Virus record (IMG/VR): IMGVR_UViG_3300008259_002461
Source of the DNA: a virus
Lineage: Duplodnaviria > Caudoviricetes
Direction: 5' to 3' (one strand)
Length of the DNA stretch: 64,000 nt
Shown here: positions 9,708 through 19,826 of the stretch, one piece after another
Layout: every line of letters begins with the position of its first letter
How positions within the stretch are numbered: the first letter of the stretch is position 1
The notes under the pieces: generated by a model
The model's input: only the letters and a program-made list of their open reading frames with translations
The model's database searches: none
Told to the model about the DNA's origin: nothing
Made by a program: the position numbers and the translations under genes

Positions 9708-11098
9708 ATAAAATTAAACAATGGCAAGATAAAATTGAAGTAGTATCAGGAAGCAAGACTTTTTGCATATTGCCATGGATACATTTTGCTACACGACCCA
9801 ACGGTGATATGCGATTGTGCTGTAGTGCTAATGCTAGTGGTGCAGGTGAGAATCATACTGTAGGCCTTGTTAAAAACGAAAAAGGGCAACCAGCAAATTT
9901 TGGCCGTGAAACTCCTATGAGTGCTTGGAACAATGAGTATATGAAAGATGTACGCTTAACTATGCTTGAAGGGAAGATACCTGCTAGTTGTAGTAAGTGC
10001 ATTGCTGAAGAGTCACGTGGGGTTGCCAGTAAACGTATTTGGGAAACAGGTTCTTGGATGGAAGATGGAATTGATGTTGAAGAACTTATTAAACAAACCA
10101 AAGAAGATGGCACTGTTCCTGAGAAACTTGTTTATTTAGATTTAAGATTAGGACACACTTGTAACTTAAAGTGTGTTATGTGCAGTCCGCATGACAGCAG
10201 TCAATGGGTTGGTGATCACAAGAAAATCTATCCACTATTTCAAGCAAAAGAACTTAAAGAACAAATGCAATGGGATAGAAAAGATTTTAATAACTTTTGG
10301 CATGAAAATCCAGACTTCTGGAAAGAAATGTATGCACAGATTCCTAATTTAAAACAAGTATACTTTGCTGGCGGAGAACCATTGATGATTCGCGAGCATA
10401 AGTGGTTCCTTGAAGAAATTATTCGTCAAGGGTATTCAGATAAAATTCTTATACGTTATAATACAAATGGATTATTAGTTGATGACGAAATTATTGAGCT
10501 TTGGAAAAAATTTAAAAAAGTTAAAGTGGGATTCAGCATCGATGCAGTCGGCGATCGTAATTATTATATACGCTATCCTAGTGACTGGGATACTATCGAG
10601 CGTAATCTTCACAAGTTAGATAATACACCTGACAACATACAAGTTAGTATTGCTACTGCTATACAAATTCTTAATATTAAACACTTGGCTGATTTTGCTA
10701 AATGGAAAATTAAACAGAATTTTAAGAAAGTTAATCTTGAAAATACTGTAGGCGGTATACAAGCTGGCGGCGGAATTGTTAATATGCATCTGTTGTACAT
10801 ACCTACATTTTTAAGTATTAGACTATTGCCCGAAGCAGACAAAGAAGAAGTACGTAAGAGTTTTGCAGATCTTGCTAGTTGGTTATATGAAAATTACAGA
10901 CAAGATGAAGACTTCTGGAAAAATAATCCGTACGGTTGGAAACGTTGGCAAGCAGTATTAGATTTTATGAATGCAGAAGATCATACTGATCAACTACCTG
11001 CTTTTAAAGAATACATTGAAAAATTAGAAGCATTACGTAAGACTAATTTTAAATCTACGTTTCCAGAGCTGGCACATTTGCTACATTGCCCAGTCTAA
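9704..11098 (+). CDS. Radical SAM protein with N-terminal twitch domain
   Basis: CILPW..NGDMRLCC, CNLKCVMC and FAGGEP. Confidence 0.9.
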   Translation: MNKIKQWQDKIEVVSGSKTFCILPWIHFATRPNGDMRLCCSANASGAGENHTVGLVKNEKGQPANFGRETPMSAWNNEYMKDVRLTMLEGKIPASCSKCIAEESRGVASKRIWETGSWMEDGIDVEELIKQTKEDGTVPEKLVYLDLRLGHTCNLKCVMCSPHDSSQWVGDHKKIYPLFQAKELKEQMQWDRKDFNNFWHENPDFWKEMYAQIPNLKQVYFAGGEPLMIREHKWFLEEIIRQGYSDKILIRYNTNGLLVDDEIIELWKKFKKVKVGFSIDAVGDRNYYIRYPSDWDTIERNLHKLDNTPDNIQVSIATAIQILNIKHLADFAKWKIKQNFKKVNLENTVGGIQAGGGIVNMHLLYIPTFLSIRLLPEADKEEVRKSFADLASWLYENYRQDEDFWKNNPYGWKRWQAVLDFMNAEDHTDQLPAFKEYIEKLEALRKTNFKSTFPELAHLLHCPV

Positions 11099-12128
11099 CT
11101 TTAGGGTTATTAAAGACTGGATTAGTTAGCACTTCTTTAAATGCTGTATATTCTGGATGTTCTGTTTTCCAGATAGTACGTTGATTGTAAATGTCCTCAC
11201 TCCATGTTCCCCAATCAATAACTAACTGAAACTCTACATAATAAAAATTAGGGTAACGTGTAAGTATTAAGTTAGTATAGTCGATCATTTCTTTATAATT
11301 TAAATCTTGTACTACAAATTGTGTTAGTACGTTAATGTTGGGATATTTGCTTATTTCGTTATTGATGTAGTCGCAGTTTATTAGCAACGTTGGCCAATTT
11401 CCTCCCCGCCGCACTACGTTATAAGTTTCCTCGCAAGCCGCATCAAAGCTAATTCGAATACTTCTAATTTTACTGTGCCACTTAGCTATTCTACGCCAAT
11501 ATGCTGGTGTAAGCATTACCCCGTTGGTTTGTAGGTCTAATATTAAGTTAGGCCACGGTGTTGGATCAAAATTAACTAGAAACTCACGAAATATTTTAGA
11601 ACCAAATGGATCTCCACTGCCGGTCATATCTAATGTAATATGTTTGTTATGTGGTTTGTCAAATACAGTATTGATAATTTTATAATGTAATGCCAACTTA
11701 CGTTCATAGTCCGGCCCTTCATGGTCGTATATTTTTTCAGTACGACAACTTGGACAAGTTAAATTACAACTAGCATCGTTTTCAAACATAATGTGTGTTG
11801 GAAATCCTGCTGGTGTAGGAGTGCCTTCAATATCAGGCAACCGGTTATCGGATATATCGCCACACACTGTATGATTACAATATCTAAAACTTCCGTCTAG
11901 TATAGATTCACGAATTATAGTGGCCACTTCGCCGTGCCATATATCTTCAAATGACTGTTCGTTTAAATTGCCAATGCTATAAGGTAACCAGCTTGTACAG
12001 CACATCCAGCAACTGCCATCATCACGCACTGATAATGTTTCAAATGGCTTACTACAAAATTTACCCTGTAAATTCTTTGTTTCGTGATTAAGGCCGGCAA
12101 GGTCACGCCCATTATCTACCTTAATCAT
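11055..12128 (-). CDS. Radical SAM protein with N-terminal SPASM domain
   Basis: FCSKPF..DGSCWMCC, CNLTCPSC and TGSGDP. Start moved to 12128. Confidence 0.88.
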   Translation of the reverse strand: MIKVDNGRDLAGLNHETKNLQGKFCSKPFETLSVRDDGSCWMCCTSWLPYSIGNLNEQSFEDIWHGEVATIIRESILDGSFRYCNHTVCGDISDNRLPDIEGTPTPAGFPTHIMFENDASCNLTCPSCRTEKIYDHEGPDYERKLALHYKIINTVFDKPHNKHITLDMTGSGDPFGSKIFREFLVNFDPTPWPNLILDLQTNGVMLTPAYWRRIAKWHSKIRSIRISFDAACEETYNVVRRGGNWPTLLINCDYINNEISKYPNINVLTQFVVQDLNYKEMIDYTNLILTRYPNFYYVEFQLVIDWGTWSEDIYNQRTIWKTEHPEYTAFKEVLTNPVFNNPKVRLGNVANVPALET

Positions 12129-12130
12129 TA

Positions 12131-13222
12131 TTATTTTACTAGTTGAGTCCATATTACTTTAAAGTCCTTTTCATCTCTTGCTTTAGGAGTACACATACCA
12201 CATCCGCATCGTTGATTTGGACAAATAATTGGTGTTGGATTTTTTAAACGTTCTTTTAAATCTGCAATAAGTTTTTCACCATCTTTAAGATTACCAATAG
12301 CACCTATCTTCTCACCGTGTAATGCTCGGCAAGTTTGATGATGGAATATATCTCCAAACTCTTGATTAATATGTAAAAAGTACCAGTCAACTGTACAACT
12401 CCAGCCTTTAAAGTGATTGTCAACTAATTTTATATCTTGCCATTCGTCTTCTACTTTTCCTATTAAACATCTACCGCCACAACATTTACGACCAATATTT
12501 GTGCCCTCATTACTATTACTAGCTGAACCTTTAAAGTTAGTTTTCTTCCAAAACCATTCTTGTTGTTCTTTATTGTAAACATGACTTGTACGTCGATTGT
12601 TTCCGTCGGCATCAATGAACCAACCACTGATGGCTCTATTGCCATCTCCAATCGGAACAGGGTTATATTTGATTCCTTTAGAATCTAGAAAGTCACATAC
12701 TTGTACAACCTCATCCCAATAATCAACATGAAGCATTACGTTAACTTGTAACCAAAGACTAGTCTGCGCAATTTCAACAATATTTTTTAAAACACGGTCT
12801 TTTAATTTTTTATCTGCTTCTGGGTGATAACTAATTGAAAGACCAAATAATGTATCAAGCACAGTGTCCATACGCTTATAATGCCAAGTGCCGTTAGTAG
12901 TTAAACTTAGTCTCCAGCGATCATCGATAGTTTTAATCTCTTTAATTAATTTCCAAAAGTTAGGATTGTTAGTTGGTTCACCACCAGTGAAATCAATGCC
13001 AGGATCGTACACTGGATTCGCACGATGAGCTGTATAAGTTTCATACCACTCTTTTGCAAAATGAAAAGTCTTTAAAAGTTCATCTAAACTAGAATGTTTG
13101 CTATAATTAGTATGTCTGGTTGCATCACAATATGTACAGTCGTAGTTACATCTACGTCCAGTATCCCATGTAATCATCATACTAGATTGAACTTTTTCGT
13201 TGATTGCTGTTGTCTTTATCAT
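12131..13222 (-). CDS. Radical SAM protein
   Basis: CNYDCTYC, FTGGEPT and Cys-rich C-terminus CPNQRCGCGMC. Confidence 0.9.
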   Translation of the reverse strand: MIKTTAINEKVQSSMMITWDTGRRCNYDCTYCDATRHTNYSKHSSLDELLKTFHFAKEWYETYTAHRANPVYDPGIDFTGGEPTNNPNFWKLIKEIKTIDDRWRLSLTTNGTWHYKRMDTVLDTLFGLSISYHPEADKKLKDRVLKNIVEIAQTSLWLQVNVMLHVDYWDEVVQVCDFLDSKGIKYNPVPIGDGNRAISGWFIDADGNNRRTSHVYNKEQQEWFWKKTNFKGSASNSNEGTNIGRKCCGGRCLIGKVEDEWQDIKLVDNHFKGWSCTVDWYFLHINQEFGDIFHHQTCRALHGEKIGAIGNLKDGEKLIADLKERLKNPTPIICPNQRCGCGMCTPKARDEKDFKVIWTQLVK

Positions 13223-13246
13223 TACTGACCTTTTTTTAATTGTATA

Positions 13247-13918
13247 TTATTGTATATCGATAGCAGATTTAATGTAATTAAATACTAGTTCATTTTTTAA
13301 TTTATTGGATAAATGATTGGGAGCTGTATCATTAAAGATATCATCTAAAGGGTTATCCATCATACACACCGACATTAACGACGGCCTAACTTCAACACCA
13401 TTTTTCCAAGTATAATAATATTCAAGATTACTTGCGTTAAATCCTGCCGTATTCCATTCTTTTGGTTTTCCAAACGACCACAGATGTACAATTTTAGTTT
13501 TAGTTGGTAGTTTAGGTAACACGTTATTATCAACATGTTCTAATAATGCTACATATTGTAATTCTAAAAATTCCTGATCATTTAAGTATGTAAAATAATC
13601 TCGAGCTGAATCCCATACCTTAGATCGTTCAGTATTAGTTTGTACCGATGCGTAATTTAAATTTCTAATAGTTCGATGAAATAATCTACCTGGATCAGTC
13701 CATGCAAAAACACAAATATCAGGAACCTTGTTTTTTTGAATGAATGGTTTTAATTGCAACAAAATAAGATCGCCAATAGAACTACCGCCAGTTCCCAAAT
13801 TTACAATTTTAGCATTATAATAATCAGAAAGCATTGAGGTATAAGTTTTGTAGTTAAACGACAATGAATATCGACTAGCACAAAAGCTATCACCAAAAAA
13901 TCCAATAGTACGTTTCAC
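13247..13918 (-). CDS. SGNH/GDSL hydrolase-like protein
   Basis: GFFGDSF, NLGTGGSS and APNH. Confidence 0.6.
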   Translation of the reverse strand: MKRTIGFFGDSFCASRYSLSFNYKTYTSMLSDYYNAKIVNLGTGGSSIGDLILLQLKPFIQKNKVPDICVFAWTDPGRLFHRTIRNLNYASVQTNTERSKVWDSARDYFTYLNDQEFLELQYVALLEHVDNNVLPKLPTKTKIVHLWSFGKPKEWNTAGFNASNLEYYYTWKNGVEVRPSLMSVCMMDNPLDDIFNDTAPNHLSNKLKNELVFNYIKSAIDIQ

Positions 13919-14802
13919 AATTTTTCCTTAGTTAACGGTATGTCTGCCGCGCAGGTACAGAAATTACGGTTGCACGTAACTGGTTCGCTAGGAACAACAA
14001 AGTTATCTTCATAAATATTGCCTAGACTACCACCAACTCTACAAGTTGCCCTGTGTACATCTCCATCCCAATTTATCATCAGGCTTTCTATACCTGCGTT
14101 GCAAGTCCAACCATTGTATTTGTTTAAATGCAATTTAATTACATCGTTGGCATGTATTAATTGCGTGTCATCTATTATTGTATTTGGCTGAACTGTTGCA
14201 TCTTGTTCTTTTAACCAATTTAAGTCATTTGCATTATATCGAAGATCGTCAAATAAATCGTGATCACCCTTAGTCCATCGTATACGTCTAACAGTACTAG
14301 GAATTTCTGCTAGCAAACACTTTGCTCGTAATTGTAATACAGCGTCCATATAATTGTGATGAGCCATAATTTGTGCTATTACATTTATCTTAGTAATGTC
14401 AACAACACTTTCTATAGTGTTAAAAACACGTTTCCAGTCATACTCTAGATGTATGCTGAATACATATTGATCTACTGGAAGACTAGCATAGAATTCGTAC
14501 GGTAATGTGCCGTTAGTTGTTACACTAATCCAACTAATGCCTACATGTTTACAGTATCTTACTAATTCTAGGAACTTAGGATGAACGCATGGTTCACCGC
14601 CTGTAAAACTTAAACGTATAGATTTGCCTAATGTTACTAATTTATCTACAGTACGTTTAAGTATTTCTATATCAGTATGTGGACTTGAGTTGTCGTGTAT
14701 ACTACTTGGACAATAACTACAATCATAGTTACAACGTTTGCCGATGTTCCATTCGATCTTAATACTATTCTGGTGCGGCCACCTACTTGTAACTTTATAC
14801 AT
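13915..14802 (-). CDS. Radical SAM/SPASM domain protein
   Basis: CNYDCSYC, FTGGEP and CNAG..C..CNRNFCTC. Confidence 0.9.
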   Translation of the reverse strand: MYKVTSRWPHQNSIKIEWNIGKRCNYDCSYCPSSIHDNSSPHTDIEILKRTVDKLVTLGKSIRLSFTGGEPCVHPKFLELVRYCKHVGISWISVTTNGTLPYEFYASLPVDQYVFSIHLEYDWKRVFNTIESVVDITKINVIAQIMAHHNYMDAVLQLRAKCLLAEIPSTVRRIRWTKGDHDLFDDLRYNANDLNWLKEQDATVQPNTIIDDTQLIHANDVIKLHLNKYNGWTCNAGIESLMINWDGDVHRATCRVGGSLGNIYEDNFVVPSEPVTCNRNFCTCAADIPLTKEKL

Positions 14803-16042
14803 ATGGCCTAAACTCTGGAATTACATCAAACAAACTTTGATTGCGTGTGGCATCTAAAGCTAGATTAAACTCTAAAAAGTCTCTCCATAGATTATGCTGA
14901 TCTTTTGCTTGAAGATAGTTAATATTATCTTGTATTTGTTGATGTGTAACTGTTCTTAGTAAAGGATTTTTCTTAACTGCTTCCCATTCATCTACTTGAG
15001 ACTTAACTGCTAACAATTTAGTAATAGCTAATGCTTTTAAATCGTTAGGCAATACCTGTGCTGATAAGCAATTAGGGTAGCTTACGCGATGACTATAAAA
15101 TACTATGTCCATTTTGTTAATAAAATAATCAATACATTCTGCGGCTTGTAGTATGTTACCAGCCTGTGCTGTAAATGCACCAACTACACGACTTACATTT
15201 GGAATCTTTTTTATCTCTTTAATGTTTCTTTCAACGTCATTAAAGTTACCGTTACCACGTATGTAATTGTAAATATCGTGAATGCCGTCAATGCTGACAT
15301 TAACGGCAACACTTCTAAAATGTGGCCAATAATCATGTATAGTCCTTCCTTTGCTTATGCCTAATGTTGTGCCATTAGTGGCATATTTAATTTCTATATT
15401 CTTACCATATGGTTTAAGCATATCAAGTATTTTGTAATGCTGCGGATCCATTAGTGGTTCTCCGCCTGCAAACTCAACTCGTTTAAAATGTGGAATTAAT
15501 TTTTCAAAACTTGTCCACCAATTATCTGTGTCGTCAAATGGTCCAATATATTGACCTGGTGTTTTAACAAGACTTTCTATAGTAGGTACAAGATAGTTAT
15601 TTTCTTTTTTATAAAATGGAACAACCTCATTCCAATCTTTCCAGTTAGTGCTATCTAGCGGATTGCACATACGACATTTTAAATTACATAAATTATTAAG
15701 TTTAATTTCCATTGTAGGAAATTCAAAAGGCATTATTTCTTGTAGCGGTGTATTAGGATATAAGTTAATACGTGCTTCAGGTATAACACCATTAATGTGA
15801 CGTTGTCGTAAACTTTCTACACCTTGATCTTCTAAATCAAAACAGGGTTTACAAACTTCAGGACGTTCTCCGCACAATACTTGCTTGCGAACAAGTTGCA
15901 TATTGTCACTATTCCACACCTCTTCTAAACTTTGATTTTGTATCCAGCCAATAGGTTGGCTCCGGCAGCAAATTTTAATTGCACCATCTTCGCGTGTTGC
16001 TAACCCTGTAAAAGGGTGCATACAAAATGTTTCACTTTTCAT
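14795..16042 (-). CDS. Radical SAM protein with N-terminal twitch domain
   Basis: CMHPF..DGAIKICC, CNLKCRMC and FAGGEP. Confidence 0.9.
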   Translation of the reverse strand: MKSETFCMHPFTGLATREDGAIKICCRSQPIGWIQNQSLEEVWNSDNMQLVRKQVLCGERPEVCKPCFDLEDQGVESLRQRHINGVIPEARINLYPNTPLQEIMPFEFPTMEIKLNNLCNLKCRMCNPLDSTNWKDWNEVVPFYKKENNYLVPTIESLVKTPGQYIGPFDDTDNWWTSFEKLIPHFKRVEFAGGEPLMDPQHYKILDMLKPYGKNIEIKYATNGTTLGISKGRTIHDYWPHFRSVAVNVSIDGIHDIYNYIRGNGNFNDVERNIKEIKKIPNVSRVVGAFTAQAGNILQAAECIDYFINKMDIVFYSHRVSYPNCLSAQVLPNDLKALAITKLLAVKSQVDEWEAVKKNPLLRTVTHQQIQDNINYLQAKDQHNLWRDFLEFNLALDATRNQSLFDVIPEFRPYV

Positions 16043-16652
16043 TTATAATCTTATAAAGTTTTTCTGCGGCAATACTGTGTGAAATAGGACCAGGATGACT
16101 GTTATCGCTTGCTAAATCAACAATGTTTAAAATATTACTATACAGAGTATTTTTACCAACAAATTTAGGTATACTTCCAAGATACTGTCCGGCAACAGAA
16201 TCTAATATCTTATCCAATATAGAATCTGCATAAGACGGAGCCCAAAAATTACAATGTTTAATGCCTATACTATTCATATATAACTCTGCGTGATGTATAT
16301 AAATTCCTGCTCTCACATTATTATCATAATTGCTATGTAGCTCAGTCCATTTTTTAAATAACGTACTATCTCTGCCTGGCGAAATTCTTATATCTGGCAA
16401 TAATTTATTAAACACTATATCTCTATGACAATATGTCCATCCTACAACAACTATATCATCTTCTTTAAATTTAAACGATAATATGTTATTAAGTATTTCA
16501 AGATTACTACTTCCTGGAATACTTTTATTAACTACAGTCCGTTTAATAAGTTTACCTAAAACTACAGGCCATGCTTGTGATGAATCTGTTAGTCCGTAAC
16601 CAGATGTAAACGAACACCCGAATGTTATAAGCCTTGACACTCTAATGCCCAC
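16032..16652 (-). CDS. SGNH/GDSL hydrolase-like protein
   Basis: LITFGCSFT, SIPGSSN and DNSHPG. The true start may be GTG 16640. Confidence 0.65.
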   Translation of the reverse strand: MGIRVSRLITFGCSFTSGYGLTDSSQAWPVVLGKLIKRTVVNKSIPGSSNLEILNNILSFKFKEDDIVVVGWTYCHRDIVFNKLLPDIRISPGRDSTLFKKWTELHSNYDNNVRAGIYIHHAELYMNSIGIKHCNFWAPSYADSILDKILDSVAGQYLGSIPKFVGKNTLYSNILNIVDLASDNSHPGPISHSIAAEKLYKIINEK

Positions 16653-17308
16653 TCACGTTCTTTACACCAGAAACAATTACCGCATACAGGAACATATTGT
16701 CCTGGTGTATATGTTGTATAATCTATATCTTCAAATTCGCCCTCACAACTACGAGTTAATTTTAAAAGGTCTTCAATGTTGTTTTTAAAATACTGTTTTA
16801 TTATCCAGTCTTTCATAGTATACACGAAAGGATGATAAATGTCAATACCCATATGTTTCATATGAATGGGTAACACGCCTTCATCTCTTTCTTTTAAAGC
16901 TCCTACTATATCTATATTTGGATTTTTAGTTACAGCAGAAAACCAAGCATCTAATTTATATGTATGAATTATGAATTCGTTATGGGCCCTAAGTATTATC
17001 CTATTACCTGGTTTAGTTTGTCCGTATTCGTCTTTAATATAGGTAGTATTTGGTTCTTCTAATTCTGGCGGAATAAACCCTTCGTGTCTTACAAATTTAT
17101 TTTTTGGAAAACGCTTTTCTAACCATTTAAACACTTCCAAACTATTATGTCGTTGCCATGGTCGATTTTTCCAACATCTTACTTGACTAACAATATGTAT
17201 TTCTGCATCTGTTCTAAGACAAATTAGATAAGCAAGAAGTGCGCTATCAGCACCACCACTTAGACTTATTCCAATTTTTTGCCACGCAGGATTTATATAA
17301 AGTTCCAT
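16625..17308 (-). CDS. queC: QueC-like PP-loop ATPase (7-cyano-7-deazaguanine synthase family)
   Basis: ISLSGGADS PP-loop and TRSC...CGNCFWC Zn motif. Confidence 0.6.
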   Translation of the reverse strand: MELYINPAWQKIGISLSGGADSALLAYLICLRTDAEIHIVSQVRCWKNRPWQRHNSLEVFKWLEKRFPKNKFVRHEGFIPPELEEPNTTYIKDEYGQTKPGNRIILRAHNEFIIHTYKLDAWFSAVTKNPNIDIVGALKERDEGVLPIHMKHMGIDIYHPFVYTMKDWIIKQYFKNNIEDLLKLTRSCEGEFEDIDYTTYTPGQYVPVCGNCFWCKEREWALECQGL

Positions 17309-17310
17309 GT

Positions 17311-17360
17311 TAATATTTACCAGGATAACTGCGCACTTAATTTAGAAGCGGTAAATATTA
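17311..17360. promoter_or_regulatory. Divergent late-type promoter pair
   Basis: 11-bp inverted repeat taatatttacc (17311-17321) / ggtaaatatta (17350-17360). Each GGTAAATA lies 5 nt before an ATG. Confidence 0.6.
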
Positions 17361-17362
17361 TT

Positions 17363-18022
17363 ATGCTAGTAAAAACGACAATAACAGTACCTTCTGATCT
17401 ACTATTAATTGCAGAAACAAAGTCTTTTGATGTGATGAAAACTACATTAAATGAGCCGACGGGCGATCTATTTTATGATCCTTGGACATTAAAACAAGAA
17501 TTTATTGGATCTGTATGGGAAAAACTAATTGAGCCTCTAGGCCCTAACATAGGTGAGGTTAGAATTATTGTATTAGATTCACCAAGTGCTTATACACAAC
17601 ATGCTGATATTGACGATAGATATCATTTAAACATTACAGGGGACGGTAGTTACTTGTTGGACCTCAATGATTTAAAAATATATCCTTTAATTAATGATGG
17701 CATATGGTATATAATGAATGCTGGTAAACTACACACAGCAATCGCTGTTGGAAAGAAATACAGAATTCAATTAGTTGTTAGAAAATTATTAACTCATTCT
17801 GTATTAGTAGATCCAATTAATGTTAAATTAACACAAATTGATCCAAACTCAAGATATGACTTTGATAATTCTATAAGTAGTTGGTTAAATCAAGCAGTTA
17901 AAAGAAGTATTTTAGACAACTTTAGAATAGAAGGTAATAGTGCGTTATTTGCAGTTGAACATAAGTGTTTGCATGAGTTACTAACAATAGTACCATCAAC
18001 TATAAAGATTTATATGAATTGA
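17363..18022 (+). CDS. 2OG-Fe(II) oxygenase / AspH-like cupin
   Basis: HADIDD...LHTA facial triad. Start moved to ATG 17363. Confidence 0.7.
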   Translation: MLVKTTITVPSDLLLIAETKSFDVMKTTLNEPTGDLFYDPWTLKQEFIGSVWEKLIEPLGPNIGEVRIIVLDSPSAYTQHADIDDRYHLNITGDGSYLLDLNDLKIYPLINDGIWYIMNAGKLHTAIAVGKKYRIQLVVRKLLTHSVLVDPINVKLTQIDPNSRYDFDNSISSWLNQAVKRSILDNFRIEGNSALFAVEHKCLHELLTIVPSTIKIYMN

Positions 18023-18023
18023 T

Positions 18024-18701
18024 ATGCAGTGGACACCTTATTTAAAACTTAATGAAGAAGGTATTTCTAGTATGGCTCAGCAAACCTATGAGCCATTAAT
18101 AAGTAGTGACGGAAAAATTTTCTGCAAAAACTACAGTTGGCCAAATAACTATCAGTTCATGTATGAAAAAGAAAGACCGCTTTATACCAAAGAAGTCGTA
18201 GATTGGTTTTTTTCTAATGAATTATATTGGATAGAATATTTTAAAGATAGTGCATATGCACCTGAAGTAACTGATATTGATTTAATCAATAAGAAAATAT
18301 ACATTAAGTGGTACGGCGAAAGCTGTAATCAAATTATATACAGCGGAAAATTTTGGCCACAGCAAGAATGGCGTAAACAAATAAAAGATATAATTATTGA
18401 TCAATATTCTAAAGGAGTTTATAAATTAACAATGTATCCTCATTGTCATTATATTGATAATAACAACAATATGAGAGCAATAGATTGGTATGGATGTGTA
18501 CCGGTCAATGAACCTTATATACAGGAAAAATTTATGCAAGGTATTATACACGAAACTGCAAAATTTAGATTAGATGAAACTGGATCTTCAATTAATAATT
18601 TATTAAATTTAGAAACTATGTTCAAACGTAGTTTAAACACACATGTAATGTGGGGTAATCAAAATATGAATTACATTTACAAGGAGATTTTTAATGCCTA
18701 A
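18024..18701 (+). CDS. Kinase/phosphotransferase-like protein
   Basis: FSNELYWI..APEV..ID and MRAIDWY, paralog of 22409. Confidence 0.45.
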   Translation: MQWTPYLKLNEEGISSMAQQTYEPLISSDGKIFCKNYSWPNNYQFMYEKERPLYTKEVVDWFFSNELYWIEYFKDSAYAPEVTDIDLINKKIYIKWYGESCNQIIYSGKFWPQQEWRKQIKDIIIDQYSKGVYKLTMYPHCHYIDNNNNMRAIDWYGCVPVNEPYIQEKFMQGIIHETAKFRLDETGSSINNLLNLETMFKRSLNTHVMWGNQNMNYIYKEIFNA

Positions 18702-19269
18702 AAGAGTAGGAACAACACAGGGCTTAATTGACTGGGATAAAGTTGTTGCTGATATTCAACATCATGTTGGTGATCATAATACTGTTACTAGTGTAGTGGA
18801 TCGCAGCGAAGCAGAAGCAGTAGACGACCAAGAATTACTAAGCTCTTATAGAGAAGTAATTGGTACTTGGGAAAAAGCTGGTTACGATTTAAAACAAATA
18901 GAATGGTGGGACTATTATCCAGGGCAACACTTTGATATAGAAGTACAACAGGTGTTTGAACGTATGTTTAATATAAAACCTCGACGAGTGTTTATAAGCA
19001 AAGTAATGCCAGGTAACATGGTTCCTTATCACTGGGACGTCGAGGATCATGAAAAGGAATGGTTAAAAGAAGGTACATTAGTGCGCTACGTTTGTTTTAT
19101 AGACCCTCCAAAATTTGGTCACGTAATGATTTTAGAAGACAAGGCCTTTCATAATATTAAACGTGGAGAAATATATCAGTGGGATAATTATCGATCCCAT
19201 CACGCAGGTGTTAATGGCGGCGAAGGACCGCAATATCTATTTCATTTTTTAGGATCGTTAAATGATTAA
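18694..19269 (+). CDS. 2OG-Fe(II) oxygenase (AspH-like)
   Basis: VPYHWD...HHAGVNGG. Confidence 0.75.
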   Translation: MPKRVGTTQGLIDWDKVVADIQHHVGDHNTVTSVVDRSEAEAVDDQELLSSYREVIGTWEKAGYDLKQIEWWDYYPGQHFDIEVQQVFERMFNIKPRRVFISKVMPGNMVPYHWDVEDHEKEWLKEGTLVRYVCFIDPPKFGHVMILEDKAFHNIKRGEIYQWDNYRSHHAGVNGGEGPQYLFHFLGSLND

Positions 19270-19822
19270 ATTTTTAGGTAACTCTAGCGATATAATTAAC
19301 TGGGACGAAGTTATAGCCGGACTAGAAAAATGTGGTCACGAAAGTCATCCAGGCCCGTTTACTGGGCCAAGTCACAAAGAAGGTGATGATATTCCTAAGT
19401 TAAATGAAGTTATTGAGTTATGGAAGCAAAATGGATACAAAGCCGTAGAAGAAGGTGGTACTGTGCAATGGGATATGTTTTTTCCCGGTGTACACTTTGA
19501 TCAGAGTGTAGTAGATGCATTTTGTAAAAAGTATAGTATTGAAAAGTATGACTCTGCGTGGATTAGTCGAGTGTGGCCAGGCCGCTTTGCCCCAATACAC
19601 TGGGACGTAAACGACAACGAGGAATACTACCTGTCTATTCCAGATAGATTAAGATGGCATGCTCATATTAGCAAGCCAGCATTTGGTCATGTATTTGTAG
19701 TAGATGATGAAATACTGTATAGTAAAGAACAAGGTGACGTATTTCAGTGGGATAGTCGAAGGTTATGGCACTCGGGTATGAACTGCGGCTTAGTACCAAA
19801 ATATTTATTTAACATATGGTGA
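19262..19822 (+). CDS. 2OG-Fe(II) oxygenase (AspH-like)
   Basis: APIHWD...WHSGMNCG, tandem paralog of 18694. Confidence 0.75.
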   Translation: MIKFLGNSSDIINWDEVIAGLEKCGHESHPGPFTGPSHKEGDDIPKLNEVIELWKQNGYKAVEEGGTVQWDMFFPGVHFDQSVVDAFCKKYSIEKYDSAWISRVWPGRFAPIHWDVNDNEEYYLSIPDRLRWHAHISKPAFGHVFVVDDEILYSKEQGDVFQWDSRRLWHSGMNCGLVPKYLFNIW

Positions 19823-19826
19823 TAAA

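Noticed and set aside
13223-13260. Direct repeat attgtata x2
   Set aside because: Short, AT-rich and likely chance.
7147-14802. Viperin, MoaA or PqqE labels for the CNYxCxYC rSAMs
   Set aside because: Only generic rSAM motifs are present, with no family-specific signature or pathway partners.
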